A program made the translations under genes and the position numbers. A stretch of 64,000 nucleotides of DNA, taken from contig CAXXUA010000007.1 of assembly GCA_963663765.2 (NCBI GenBank), positions 32,001 through 96,000 of the forward strand, read 5' to 3'. This document shows positions 9,613 through 19,760 of the stretch, one piece after another; within the stretch, counting starts at the first letter, position 1, and each line of letters opens with the position of its first letter. The notes below the pieces were generated by a model. It was not told the origin of the DNA, made no database searches, and worked only from the letters and a program-made list of their open reading frames with translations. This DNA is from Candidatus Poribacteria bacterium (GTDB lineage Bacteria; Poribacteria; WGA-4E; WGA-3G).

Positions 9613-11697
9613 TTAATCAATTCGTCTTCGTTGATAAAGGAACCATTCAACCACTGTTAGAATAACGGCAAAAAACACTAAATAAATCCAAGGCGGATAA
9701 CGGAATAACGAACTCCCACTTAGTATTTCTGCATCTGTTATAAGGTCTTCAATTTCTTCTACAATATCAATATGAGATTCTGTTTCACTTGCGAGATTAA
9801 CTGCCCATACCTGTTCTGGTTCTTCGGTTTCTGCTTCATCAGTAGTGGGTTCATCAGGTTTTTCTGTATTCGGTTTGTCAGTTATATCCGTTGTTGCTTG
9901 TTCTGAAATAGACAGTGCGTAAAATCCTGCTCTTTGTGTGTTATCAAAGATCATCTCGTCATTCTCAATTGGTATGTCCCACGTTTCTTCTCCTGGACCT
10001 GTTATCTTTACAGTTTCCTGTGTATTTTCAACTGTGGTTTCAGTTTCTTGTTCTGTTTCGGTATCTTGTGTAATCTGTGGCTCAACTTTATAGCGAAGCA
10101 CTTCACCCGTGTGTAAATGATATTCCTCCATACCTTGTTTCTGTTGAAACCATTGAATCGTATTTGCCATTATGACAGGGAATGCGATTCTTAGCGGTAA
10201 GTCAGATTCCAAGATATTGATTGCTGCAAAAACAATTTTTCTATTTGGTGTTACATCCACAAAAATGACTGGTGAGTCAAAAGAACGTGCTAAGACTTGT
10301 GCGGTAGATGGAGGTGTAATATGATATGCCTCTCCGATGAGTACATTCTCCAAATGAACGTGTCGCAGGACGGGATGTGTGCGTTCCCAGTCTGTGATAA
10401 TTGGGGTATCAAGTGGGTTCCCTATATTCCAGACTATTTCGGGTTTTACAGCATTTTCTTCAGGCGTCTCATTGTTTTTTGGAGGATAGATGAACATGTA
10501 ATTTCCATCATCAAGCGTGTTTGGACTGTAGCGATCAAAAATCACGACTTCAGCTGTCAGTGCGGAAGATTCATATTCCTCAGGAGTTGTAATGGTAAGG
10601 TCTAATTTTTCATCAACGGAAAGTGCTTTTTCAAGAAACGGATTTTCGTTTGTCACCAGTAGCGCAGAGATTAGTTCACGTTTTGGTAGCGTTGCATAAG
10701 CCACATTATCAGTGATGAGTATGTCTTGAATGTCTAATACAGCTTTTAGTTCGCCGCCTTCAAATGCAAAATTACTGAAGATTTCTGATTTCTTTTCTCC
10801 GGGTGCGAGCGTGTAAGGTCGGACATCAAAAAGATTATCGTTGAAATAGAGTTCAACACTACACTGTTTTTCTTCATCAGATGCGTTTACGACGGTGAGC
10901 AAAGTTTCGTAATCGAATGCGTTTACGATGCTTTTTCGGACGCGAAATTGCGTAATGCCGACGTTATCACTTTTTTCACCTATCCTGATAAGATGCAATT
11001 TTATCTTTTTTTGCTCTTGTTGGTCTTCTTCTGTAGTTTCATTCTCGGTGAGTGTATCTTGGAACTGTGTGATTAATTGTTCTTGTACTGAGTGAAAGTC
11101 ACTCATCACAATAATTTCTGGGTTAGGTTTTGTTTCTGCCACAGAATAAGCTAAATCCACAGCGGGTTTTATATCTGTTTTTATATCAGTAGGTTTGATA
11201 GATTCAATTGCTTCTCTTAGAGTTTTTTGATGGTTGGTAAAAGGGGTATGGATTACAGGAAGTGTATGACAACTAATGATTGTCATCTCGTCCATGAAAC
11301 GAAGTTGTTGGACTATCTGTAATGCTTGTTCTTTTGCAGAGTCTAAACGTGTTTCTGAAGTAGGATTCTCAGGTTCAAGTTCCAAAACAGCATTCATACT
11401 TGCTGAATGATCAACGATGAGTATGAGTTGTCTTGCCGACTTTGTCATGAATGCGAATTGTGGACGTGCAACTGCTAAGACTAAAAGTAACAGGAATAGT
11501 AATTGAAGCAATAACGACAATAAATGCTTAAGTCTTTGAAAGAGTGATGTCGTCTGTCTTTCTTTGAATAACTGTTCCCAAAACATCAAAGTAGAGACAG
11601 GTTCACGTCGTCTGCGCAGTTTTAGGATGTACAGCGCGATGATAGGTGCAGCAAGAGCAAATAGGAAAAGCGATGTGGGAGCAAGAAAATTCATCAA
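9613..11697 (-). CDS. BatA/VWA domain membrane protein
   Basis: BatA N-terminus (PIIALYILK...STLMFW...LLVLAVARP), DHSASM MIDAS, C-terminal EW TM segment. Confidence 0.88.
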   Translation of the reverse strand: MMNFLAPTSLFLFALAAPIIALYILKLRRRREPVSTLMFWEQLFKERQTTSLFQRLKHLLSLLLQLLFLLLLVLAVARPQFAFMTKSARQLILIVDHSASMNAVLELEPENPTSETRLDSAKEQALQIVQQLRFMDEMTIISCHTLPVIHTPFTNHQKTLREAIESIKPTDIKTDIKPAVDLAYSVAETKPNPEIIVMSDFHSVQEQLITQFQDTLTENETTEEDQQEQKKIKLHLIRIGEKSDNVGITQFRVRKSIVNAFDYETLLTVVNASDEEKQCSVELYFNDNLFDVRPYTLAPGEKKSEIFSNFAFEGGELKAVLDIQDILITDNVAYATLPKRELISALLVTNENPFLEKALSVDEKLDLTITTPEEYESSALTAEVVIFDRYSPNTLDDGNYMFIYPPKNNETPEENAVKPEIVWNIGNPLDTPIITDWERTHPVLRHVHLENVLIGEAYHITPPSTAQVLARSFDSPVIFVDVTPNRKIVFAAINILESDLPLRIAFPVIMANTIQWFQQKQGMEEYHLHTGEVLRYKVEPQITQDTETEQETETTVENTQETVKITGPGEETWDIPIENDEMIFDNTQRAGFYALSISEQATTDITDKPNTEKPDEPTTDEAETEEPEQVWAVNLASETESHIDIVEEIEDLITDAEILSGSSLFRYPPWIYLVFFAVILTVVEWFLYQRRRID

Positions 11698-11738
11698 TAT
11701 ATAATTTGCACTGGTAAGTGAATATTATGTGAAATCAA

Positions 11739-12629
11739 CTATGAAACAAAACCACCCATACGGAAAATTCTCAGGATCAGTTCTTCAAAAGGTGTTTTTG
11801 TCATTGTTCGTACGATGCTAATCTCACGTTGTGTGCAGTATCTGTCAATGTCATCACAGTATTTTTGGAAAAGAGCTTGGTAACGTTTTATGTGATTTTC
11901 ATTGATAGTAACAGGACGGAGTTGATTAGTTTCGACATCAACAAGGTGATAATCTCCAAGAAGATTGGGTTCTGCTTCCTTTTCATCAATAATATGTACG
12001 ACAAAAAGATCATGCTTTTGAAATTTCAACATATTGAGTCCAGCAGTAAACCCCTTTGGATCGAATAGATCGGATATAACGACGACCAACCCTCTGCGTT
12101 TTGTAAAATGCACGAAATTACGGAAAGCGTGTTCAAGATCTGTTTCCCCTGTGCAATTGATCTGATCAAGGAAATTGAGAACGGTAAAGATTTTTCCTTT
12201 TCCACGTTCTGTTGGTAACCGAGTTGTGTCGGTGGTGTTAAATGCGGTAATCCCGATTCGGTCGAGATTTGAGAGTCCGATGTATGCAAGGGCAGCTGCG
12301 ACGCGTTTGGCGTAAGTCAGTTTTGGCAGCTCACCGTAGGTCATGGATTGGCTGACATCTACGAGGAAATAGATGTGTAAGTCCTCGCGTTCCTCATATA
12401 GTTTTAACAGGAGTTCGTCTAACCGTGCAAAAGCGTTCCAATCAATATAGCGGAAATCATCACCTGGTGTATAGTTGCGATAGTCTGCAAACTCAACACT
12501 TACACCCCGACGTGTGCTGCGGCGTTCAGCTTTGATCCGACCTGAAAATATTTTTTTTGAGACAATATAAAGGTATTCAAGCTTTTTTAAGAAATCACTG
12601 TCAAATGCGGATTCTGTTTCGTTATTCAT
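11739..12629 (-). CDS. DUF58 domain protein
   Basis: SVEFADYRNYTPGDDFRYIDWN, DVSQSM, VVISD. Likely start MNNE at 12629. Confidence 0.92.
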   Translation of the reverse strand: MNNETESAFDSDFLKKLEYLYIVSKKIFSGRIKAERRSTRRGVSVEFADYRNYTPGDDFRYIDWNAFARLDELLLKLYEEREDLHIYFLVDVSQSMTYGELPKLTYAKRVAAALAYIGLSNLDRIGITAFNTTDTTRLPTERGKGKIFTVLNFLDQINCTGETDLEHAFRNFVHFTKRRGLVVVISDLFDPKGFTAGLNMLKFQKHDLFVVHIIDEKEAEPNLLGDYHLVDVETNQLRPVTINENHIKRYQALFQKYCDDIDRYCTQREISIVRTMTKTPFEELILRIFRMGGFVS

Positions 12630-12713
12630 ATTAAAACCTTGTGTATTATGGGAATCAATAGGCAACAAATATTACGGGTTACTCACTACGCGAAAAGAAT
12701 CAGACAGGAAGTA

Positions 12714-13697
12714 TTATTCAACGACATCTAACAGATGGTGAATGATACCGTCGGGGTCAATTCCTTCTGCTTCGCCTTCAAAACTCAGGATGAGTCTGTG
12801 ACGTAGACTGGGTAAAGCCACAGTTTGTATGTCTTCACGAGCGACGTTATATCTACCGTCGAGAATGGCACGAACCTTACTTGCCAAAATTAATGCTTGT
12901 GCACCGCGTGGACTTGAACCATAACGTACATACTGTTTTGTCATTTCTGGTGCGTCATCAGCTTCTGGGTGTGTTCCTAAAACCAGACGTAATGCGTATC
13001 TACGTATATCTTCTGCTATGAGAATGTCGCGTACAATCAATTCCAAATCATTTATTTGCTGACCATGACTGACTTTTCCAACCGCAGGCATTTCACGTTT
13101 TGTGGTGCGTTCCATGACAAGGTCAAGTTCATCAAGTGTTGGGTATTCAACTTTTAGTTTGAAAAAGAATCGGTCCAGTTGTGCTTCAGGTAAGGGATAT
13201 GTGCCTTCCATTTCTAATGGGTTCTGTGTAGCCATTACAAAGAAGGGCAAATCCAATTTGCGATGCTGTCCTGCGACAGTAACAGATTTTTCTTGCATTG
13301 CTTCTAACAGTGCTGATTGTGTTTTGGGTGTTGCACGGTTTATCTCATCAGCAAGGACAAGATTTGCAAAGATAGGTCCAGGTTGGAATTCAAAGAACTT
13401 TTGCCCAGTTTCATCTTCTGCTACAATAGTCGTCCCCACAATATCTGCAGGCATTAGGTCGGGTGTAAACTGAATTCGTTGAAATTCAAGGTCAAGGACT
13501 TCTTTGAGAGTGCTGATGAGTAGTGTTTTACCTAAGCCAGGAACTCCTTCTAAGAGTGCATGTCCACCTGTCATAAGGCATATTAGAACACCTTCAATAA
13601 TTTCCTTTTGACCGACGATTCGCTTAGATACCTCTTCATGTATCTTCAAGAAGGTCTCACGGAATTCTTCATGTTTTTGTTCAATTTGTTCGGACAT
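12714..13697 (-). CDS. moxR: MoxR family AAA+ ATPase
   Basis: LLEGVPGLGKT, RIQFTPDLMPAD, LADEINRA, ATQNPLEMEGTYPLPEAQLDRF. Confidence 0.95.
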   Translation of the reverse strand: MSEQIEQKHEEFRETFLKIHEEVSKRIVGQKEIIEGVLICLMTGGHALLEGVPGLGKTLLISTLKEVLDLEFQRIQFTPDLMPADIVGTTIVAEDETGQKFFEFQPGPIFANLVLADEINRATPKTQSALLEAMQEKSVTVAGQHRKLDLPFFVMATQNPLEMEGTYPLPEAQLDRFFFKLKVEYPTLDELDLVMERTTKREMPAVGKVSHGQQINDLELIVRDILIAEDIRRYALRLVLGTHPEADDAPEMTKQYVRYGSSPRGAQALILASKVRAILDGRYNVAREDIQTVALPSLRHRLILSFEGEAEGIDPDGIIHHLLDVVE

Positions 13698-13785
13698 AAT
13701 TCTCCCTACAGGTAGTAGTGATTCTACGTTAAATCACCGCAAAGATAGGGTATCTCTGCGGTGATTTTGGTCAGGTACTCAGTTC

Positions 13786-15270
13786 CTACTCATCAGTCGG
13801 TTTAATTGATTCAAAGTAGCGTTTCACGTAGAACTTATATCCGAGTGGGATCTGTTCTTCTGTGAGAGCATCTTCAGAAAGTTTCTGATACTTCATATAT
13901 GCATCTTTATAACTGAGTGAAGACTCTTGTCCTTCAGCGGATGCTTTTTCGGTTTGAACAGTAGAACTTCCTTCACCTTGAACACCTTTGATATGTTCAA
14001 GATTTAGGGTAGAATCAAGAGAGGTTAGTTTACCAAGTTGTGATTCAGTAGTTTTATTGCCTGCACTATTACTGGGTTGATTTGACAACAGATTTGTTAG
14101 ACCTGTAGCGGGATTTACACCTTTACCTGCGCAACATGCTGCGATACATGCTTTGCATTCCTCACATGCACACAACAAGTCTGTCAACTTTTGATTACGG
14201 TTTTTGAGAAGATCAAAATCGCGTAGGCTTTTGCTGACTTGACTTAATTTCTGCTGTGTACCCTCTGAATCGTTACCTTCCATTGCTTCACCAGCACCGG
14301 CAAGTTGTCCTCCGAGGCCTTCAAGGTCGGTATCTTTCACTGTTTTTCCAGCGCGTTTGAGTTCATCAGATAGGTTTTGCTTTTTTTCCTGCTCAAACTT
14401 AGGGACATCTTTTGCGACTTTATCAAGTTTTTCAGCTGCTTTATCGTAATCTCCACGTTTAAGCTGCTGTCCGAAATCGTTGAGTATAGGATTACCGATG
14501 AATTCCTGTCCGAGTCCTTTCATAAGTTCTTCTTGCTGTGCCATCTTAAGTGGATCAACTTTTGTTTTTAGCAAAGCTGCTAATTCGGTCATTCTCTTAA
14601 GAGCGTCCTTAGGAAGGATCTCGGGTTTTTTCAATTCTTGGGTTCTTTTTTCAATTTCTTCCAAGATTTCTTTGAGTTCTTGGTCTTCAGTCTGTTCAGC
14701 TTCTTTTTTTGCTTCTTCAATAGTCTTCAATAAAGTGTCTGCTTCCGCTGCGATTTGCGGCGAATAGTCAATTTCAGAAGTAGCTTGCGGTGTAAAAAAC
14801 TCAACAAACGAGAAAGCCACGAGAAATACTGCTACAAGTGCAAAGTATTTTGTTTCGCGTGGGACAACATATCGTGCAACTTTTTTGATTGATATGCTCT
14901 GTAACCAATTTGCTGTATCTTGAAGCTGCAACGCAGTTAAGGATTCATTTGTTTTTCGTTCAATCTGTTCTAAACCACTAATAACACGATCTTTAAGTGA
15001 TGCGTCAACATCAATTGCATGTGCTGCTTGGTGGAGATCAATCGGACGAATGAGTCGGTAGACAAAAGCAATAACGCAGATTCCGCCTGCGACACCGAGG
15101 AACACCAGAGGTGAAATATTAAAAGAGGTCATAACACTATCAACAATAACTACCGGGACACATATCAATAGTCCGTATAGGAGAAACATCGCAAGTGTTT
15201 GTAAATAACTTTGAACGTTTAAACGTCGACGCACTTGTTGAATTTTTTCAAGAATCAATTTTTCCTGCAT
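13786..15270 (-). CDS. Membrane-anchored coiled-coil protein of the MoxR cluster
   Basis: N-terminal TMs, long coiled coil, Cys-rich patch, C-terminal IPLGYKFYVKRYF. Confidence 0.7.
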   Translation of the reverse strand: MQEKLILEKIQQVRRRLNVQSYLQTLAMFLLYGLLICVPVVIVDSVMTSFNISPLVFLGVAGGICVIAFVYRLIRPIDLHQAAHAIDVDASLKDRVISGLEQIERKTNESLTALQLQDTANWLQSISIKKVARYVVPRETKYFALVAVFLVAFSFVEFFTPQATSEIDYSPQIAAEADTLLKTIEEAKKEAEQTEDQELKEILEEIEKRTQELKKPEILPKDALKRMTELAALLKTKVDPLKMAQQEELMKGLGQEFIGNPILNDFGQQLKRGDYDKAAEKLDKVAKDVPKFEQEKKQNLSDELKRAGKTVKDTDLEGLGGQLAGAGEAMEGNDSEGTQQKLSQVSKSLRDFDLLKNRNQKLTDLLCACEECKACIAACCAGKGVNPATGLTNLLSNQPSNSAGNKTTESQLGKLTSLDSTLNLEHIKGVQGEGSSTVQTEKASAEGQESSLSYKDAYMKYQKLSEDALTEEQIPLGYKFYVKRYFESIKPTDE

Positions 15271-15483
15271 TAAGAAAACCTCCTGTAAGACACAGTTAGT
15301 TTAAAACAGTTTTTCTTTACGGTTTTGTTAACTATGCTAGTGAGACGTTGCTGATCATGTAAATTGGAGTAATCATCAAATAAGGGTAATTTCTGAGTTT
15401 TTAACATTGTATTACATTAATAACCTTCATGTCAAGCATAAAATCAATATTTTTTCACATTTTTTCATATTTTCGTTGAATTC

Positions 15484-17568
15484 TCATTTATTTTTGAGTT
15501 TTTCCCAGTCCCACATGATGACTGTGCCATCGTTTGAGGTACTTGCGAGTATTTTTCCATCGTGAGAAAACTGTAGTTTTTCAACTTTGTTTGAATGTCC
15601 TGAATAGGTAGTGATTGTCTTTGCAGTTTGTACATCCCACAATCTAATTCCGTTAATGATTTCAGATGCCCATCCAAAGCGACCTTGTATATTTCTTCGC
15701 TCTTCAATTCCTCCGAGCAGCGTTTTCCCATCTGGTGAGAATGTTAATGCAAATATTTTTTCATCATATTCTAATTTAATCAAATGTTCTGTAAGAATTG
15801 TGCTGGGTGGTTTTCCGGTGTTAAGATTCCATAGATGTATTTCCCTACGAGTACCAATAGCAAGAATGGAATTATCGGGAGAAAATGCAAGGGTTTCGGC
15901 ATCATCCGTTGTAAGTTTTGAATGAATCTTAGCTTTTTTTACATCCCATATAAACGTTTCACGGTAACTTCCATCAGTTGCAAGGAAATTGCTATCAGAG
16001 GAAAACGCAATGACGGTATCTTGTGTCTTAAATTTAAAGAGTTCAGTTGCACTGTTAGTATCCCAAACGACAGAATCACCTAAGGTTTTTGCAAATACGA
16101 GAAGTCTGCTATCAGGTGAATATAGGAATTCTCTTCCACCAAATATGTGTTCTAATTGTGGTAGTTCAGTATCAGTATTCAGGTTCCAAAATCGAATAGT
16201 ATTAGTGCCTTGTGAGGCTTTTCTACCAATACTGTTACCGTTTGCAGATGTAGCAATTCTGGCGTTTAGTCTTCCATATACAGCAAAACGTGAAGCATCT
16301 GGTGAAATTGCCATTGCATCAGTGAGTGCGATCGGTGCTGCATCAAAAGTTTTTATTTTTTCTCTGGAATTAATATCCCAGGTTTGGACTTTACCGTTAA
16401 ATGTACTGGTCACAATTTTTGTGTTATCTGGTGTGAATGCAACTGATTTTGATCCCATCACATGATCGGTAGCAAAAACAGACAATTCTTTTGCAGTATT
16501 TATGTCCCAGAAACGTATTGTGCCGTCTAAACTACCACTTGCGAGTATTTTTCCATCAGGTGCAAAAGTCAGTGCTGTTACTGTATGTGTGTGACCGTTG
16601 AGAGTACCGTGTTTGTCACCTGTTTTTACATTCCACAAGTGAATATTTTTTCTTGCGTCACCACTGGCAAGAATCGTATTATCTTTATTGAATACAAGGG
16701 CTGTGATCCAAACAGTTTGTGCTTTGAGAGATAATTTTTGGGTATGTGCTTTTTCGGTCCATAGCCTAATATTTCCTTCGTAATCTCCTGTGGCTATGGT
16801 CTCACCGTCCTTAGAAAATTGAATACTAATCATTGAATGCCGTCTAACACGATTTCTCATATCTCCTGATCTTGAAAATTTTGAGAGAAAATTACTTGTT
16901 TTCCTACCGAGTAGAACACCTGGATTACGTGCTTCCGGAAATAGTAGATTTACTTTCCCCTCTTGAGAAACACCAGCAAAAATGTTTTTTTCCACGTTGT
17001 ATGTCAAAGGAAGCCCAAAACCTGTGATGGAATCTCTTGACAACACTCTGGAAGTTTTAACATTCCATCGTTTTATTACATTCTCTGTTGACATGATTGT
17101 AAACAGACCAAAAAGCTCTTTTCCATCCTTTGAGAAAGCCAATACATTCGCATTAACATTCACTTCTCCACTAAGAGATAGTCTTTTTTTGCCAGTATTC
17201 AGATCCCACAGAATTACTTTCCTACTATTGCAGCCACTACTTGCAAGTGTATTTTGGTCAGGAGAAAGTGCAAAGTTGTCAACACCACCGGGATGAGGTG
17301 TAAGCAAATGTTTTACGTTTCCTGTGTTGACTTCGTAAATCCACACTCCGATATCCGATCCTACTGCAAGGAGAGAACCATTGTCCAAAAATTGCAATTT
17401 GGTTATTTTTCCTTTACCCAATCTTGCAATTGCACCTTCAGGTAGGTTAACTTGGGTTTCTGACTGAGCAGAGATCGGAGTAACAAAAATGGTTAAGTAA
17501 AGAAAGACGACAAAAAATAGTCGTAAAATGTTAATTTGGAAATAGTTTATATTGCGCATATCTAACAT
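15484..17568 (-). CDS. Secreted WD40-repeat protein (divergent repeats)
   Basis: Signal peptide, LPEGAIARLGKG motif, multiple GH...FSPDG...WD repeats. Confidence 0.88.
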   Translation of the reverse strand: MLDMRNINYFQINILRLFFVVFLYLTIFVTPISAQSETQVNLPEGAIARLGKGKITKLQFLDNGSLLAVGSDIGVWIYEVNTGNVKHLLTPHPGGVDNFALSPDQNTLASSGCNSRKVILWDLNTGKKRLSLSGEVNVNANVLAFSKDGKELFGLFTIMSTENVIKRWNVKTSRVLSRDSITGFGLPLTYNVEKNIFAGVSQEGKVNLLFPEARNPGVLLGRKTSNFLSKFSRSGDMRNRVRRHSMISIQFSKDGETIATGDYEGNIRLWTEKAHTQKLSLKAQTVWITALVFNKDNTILASGDARKNIHLWNVKTGDKHGTLNGHTHTVTALTFAPDGKILASGSLDGTIRFWDINTAKELSVFATDHVMGSKSVAFTPDNTKIVTSTFNGKVQTWDINSREKIKTFDAAPIALTDAMAISPDASRFAVYGRLNARIATSANGNSIGRKASQGTNTIRFWNLNTDTELPQLEHIFGGREFLYSPDSRLLVFAKTLGDSVVWDTNSATELFKFKTQDTVIAFSSDSNFLATDGSYRETFIWDVKKAKIHSKLTTDDAETLAFSPDNSILAIGTRREIHLWNLNTGKPPSTILTEHLIKLEYDEKIFALTFSPDGKTLLGGIEERRNIQGRFGWASEIINGIRLWDVQTAKTITTYSGHSNKVEKLQFSHDGKILASTSNDGTVIMWDWEKLKNK

Positions 17569-17684
17569 TGAGTGTATATGTATAAGTGTGGAAATCTGAA
17601 TTATCAGGTATTATTTTGAAAAGGTATTCAATCCTGTGATTATAATTGTAATCTAATTTCATATTGATGTCAATGTATTTTACA

Positions 17685-18156
17685 GGGTGTGTAAAGTTTT
17701 TGCACAAACATCCCACTCTCCATTGTAGGGCGAAATCAACGGTATGAATGCCATTTAGGCATTCCCCGGGTCTCTGTGCCCCCCCGCAACTGATTAAATG
17801 AGAGATTGCGGACACAGAGTCCTAATGAGTTTTGACGTTCAAGTTGTGTATTCGTAGGTGCGCGGTTTCCACACATGATCTACGCAAACTCAAAAACCAA
17901 AGGGGTTGGGGAACCCAAACCCTACGAATTCAACTACCAATTTTGATTGTCAAACTTCATTAGGTGTCAATATAAAGAAATATTGTTAATATTAACCATA
18001 TTCTTCAGTCCCGTAGGGACGATTTGTTTATCCTTCTATGTCGTTCCTACAGAACTAAAGAGAGAGGATGTGATAACGTCTTTCTATAAACATTGCGTCC
18101 CTACGGGACTAAAGAGAACAAAAGCTAGTACCTCTGTGCAAAAACTTTGCACACCC
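17685..18156. mobile_element. MITE family B (IS256-like ends), REP-packed
   Basis: 22-bp TIR GGGTGTGTAAAGTTTTTGCACA with 1 mismatch; 9-bp TSD TATTTTACA at 17676-17684 and 18157-18165; no transposase. Confidence 0.88.
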
Positions 18157-18295
18157 TATTTTACACAGGGTCATTTAGTTTTAAGAGTTTTTCGTTATTA
18201 GACATTAATAATGTGTTCTGCATGCAGTTTAGCACATAATGGGTAGAACTGCAACATTTGCGAATTGCTGCATTGTTGAGTGGAATTAAAATTCT

Positions 18296-18330
18296 AATAG
18301 CGTTTGATAATTACACTATCAAACGCTATT
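18296..18330. terminator. Strong hairpin, probable terminator
   Basis: AATAGCGTTTGATA-loop-TATCAAACGCTATT. Confidence 0.5.
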
Positions 18331-19295
18331 ATTGCACGGAATAGGCAAATATTAAAGTGAAATCAAGGTGAAGGGAAAATCAGGAGAGTTATTTTATAAA
18401 CTTATTAGTGGAGATTTAGGTGCTACAAGAGGTGTGTTTTTCGCAACTAATCGATTCAATAAAAATGGTCCGGGGTGTGTAATATTCAAAGATGCGTATA
18501 GGTGTCAATTCCCTTCAAACGGGAAGGACTTTCCGAATCTTCTTGTTCACGATTGGCTGTTAGTGTTTGAAACTGTAGGTATCTAGGTTCCAGAGATCGC
18601 ATTTGAGGCAAACATCTAAAGCATTCGTGAGTGGTATTTCAGCGTATAGGTAATACTCTTGCACTTTTGTTTTTTGTGCTGTGGTGGGTAATGGTTCGTG
18701 TAGATATATCGAGAGGTGTGTATCTTGTCCGCGGACCCATTCTGTGGCGTTATCATATCACTAGAGTTTGAAACTTGTCGCCAACGCGAACCGTCGTTTG
18801 TAGACCAGCGTTGATATATTGACATCACCGGTATCAGGATCAGATGGATAACTATTCCCATCAAAATAGGAAGCACCGAGCCATACCCGTTTGCCGAAAA
18901 CAGGTAGTGTGCCGTTGATATGAGCGAAAAGTGGCGGACTGTTATTCTGTATCGGTACAAGGGGACCGCCACTTTTCAGGTATGCTGCCAGCATGCCTGG
19001 GATAAGAACGGGCAGTGATTTCAATGAAATTACTAAATCCGTTTTGTCCGCTTCCATCTGTTCAATGCGTGTGAAAGTTGCACGGTTCATGCCGTTATGT
19101 AAAAAAGCTCTGCGGTAAGGGTTTGGTGAATTGTCCCTTTTCTTTGAAAAATGACAGATGTTACACCCGCCTGTCCGTTTGTATTGTGCCTTGAACGTTT
19201 TCTAGAACGCTGGCAAAGTTAATGTGGATTAATCTACGATCAAGGTACAAGAAAGCACCATTGCACAATAGCACAAAAATTTACGCATCATAAAC

Positions 19296-19760
19296 TCATT
19301 TTCGATCCTTGTTTCTGTTTGCAGTGTGGACAATGCTACGAATTTTCATAACACATGCGATAAACACAAAGAAAGCGAACCAACCGATGAGCAATGCCCA
19401 TGGTCGTTGCAGTGCCAATCCTCTTGTTGTATGTAAGAAGTAAGCAGCATAGGCAAGCACACAACAAAAGAATAGCAATATAACGGCTTGTAACGTTTTT
19501 TGGACAATGAGAATCGGTATCGGCAGCGTCTCCACTTCATCCTGCCTCGTTTTGCCAAGCACAAGTCCCAATGTGAGTGTTGTCAACCAACCTAAGAGTA
19601 AACCTTTCGGTCGATTCTGTAGTTCGTGCGCTGCTTCTCTGGTCGCTATAAAGTAGATCGTTCCAATAAAGAGTGCGAGTGCGATAAGGAAAACGATCGC
19701 TAAGAGTATCGTTTCTCTCACCACCCGCCGCAGCACAATTCTATTGTTGTTATCCTGCAT
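19296..19760 (-). CDS. Small 4-TM membrane protein at the end of the RND operon
   Basis: Start MQDNN overlaps the RND 3' end; two internal repeats (LQNRPKGLLLGW / LQRPWALLIGW). Confidence 0.65.
   Translation of the reverse strand: MQDNNNRIVLRRVVRETILLAIVFLIALALFIGTIYFIATREAAHELQNRPKGLLLGWLTTLTLGLVLGKTRQDEVETLPIPILIVQKTLQAVILLFFCCVLAYAAYFLHTTRGLALQRPWALLIGWFAFFVFIACVMKIRSIVHTANRNKDRK

Noticed and set aside
18368-19090. Overlapping short ORFs of 72-118 aa
   Set aside because: No recognisable motifs; possibly decayed sequence, but a call cannot be supported.
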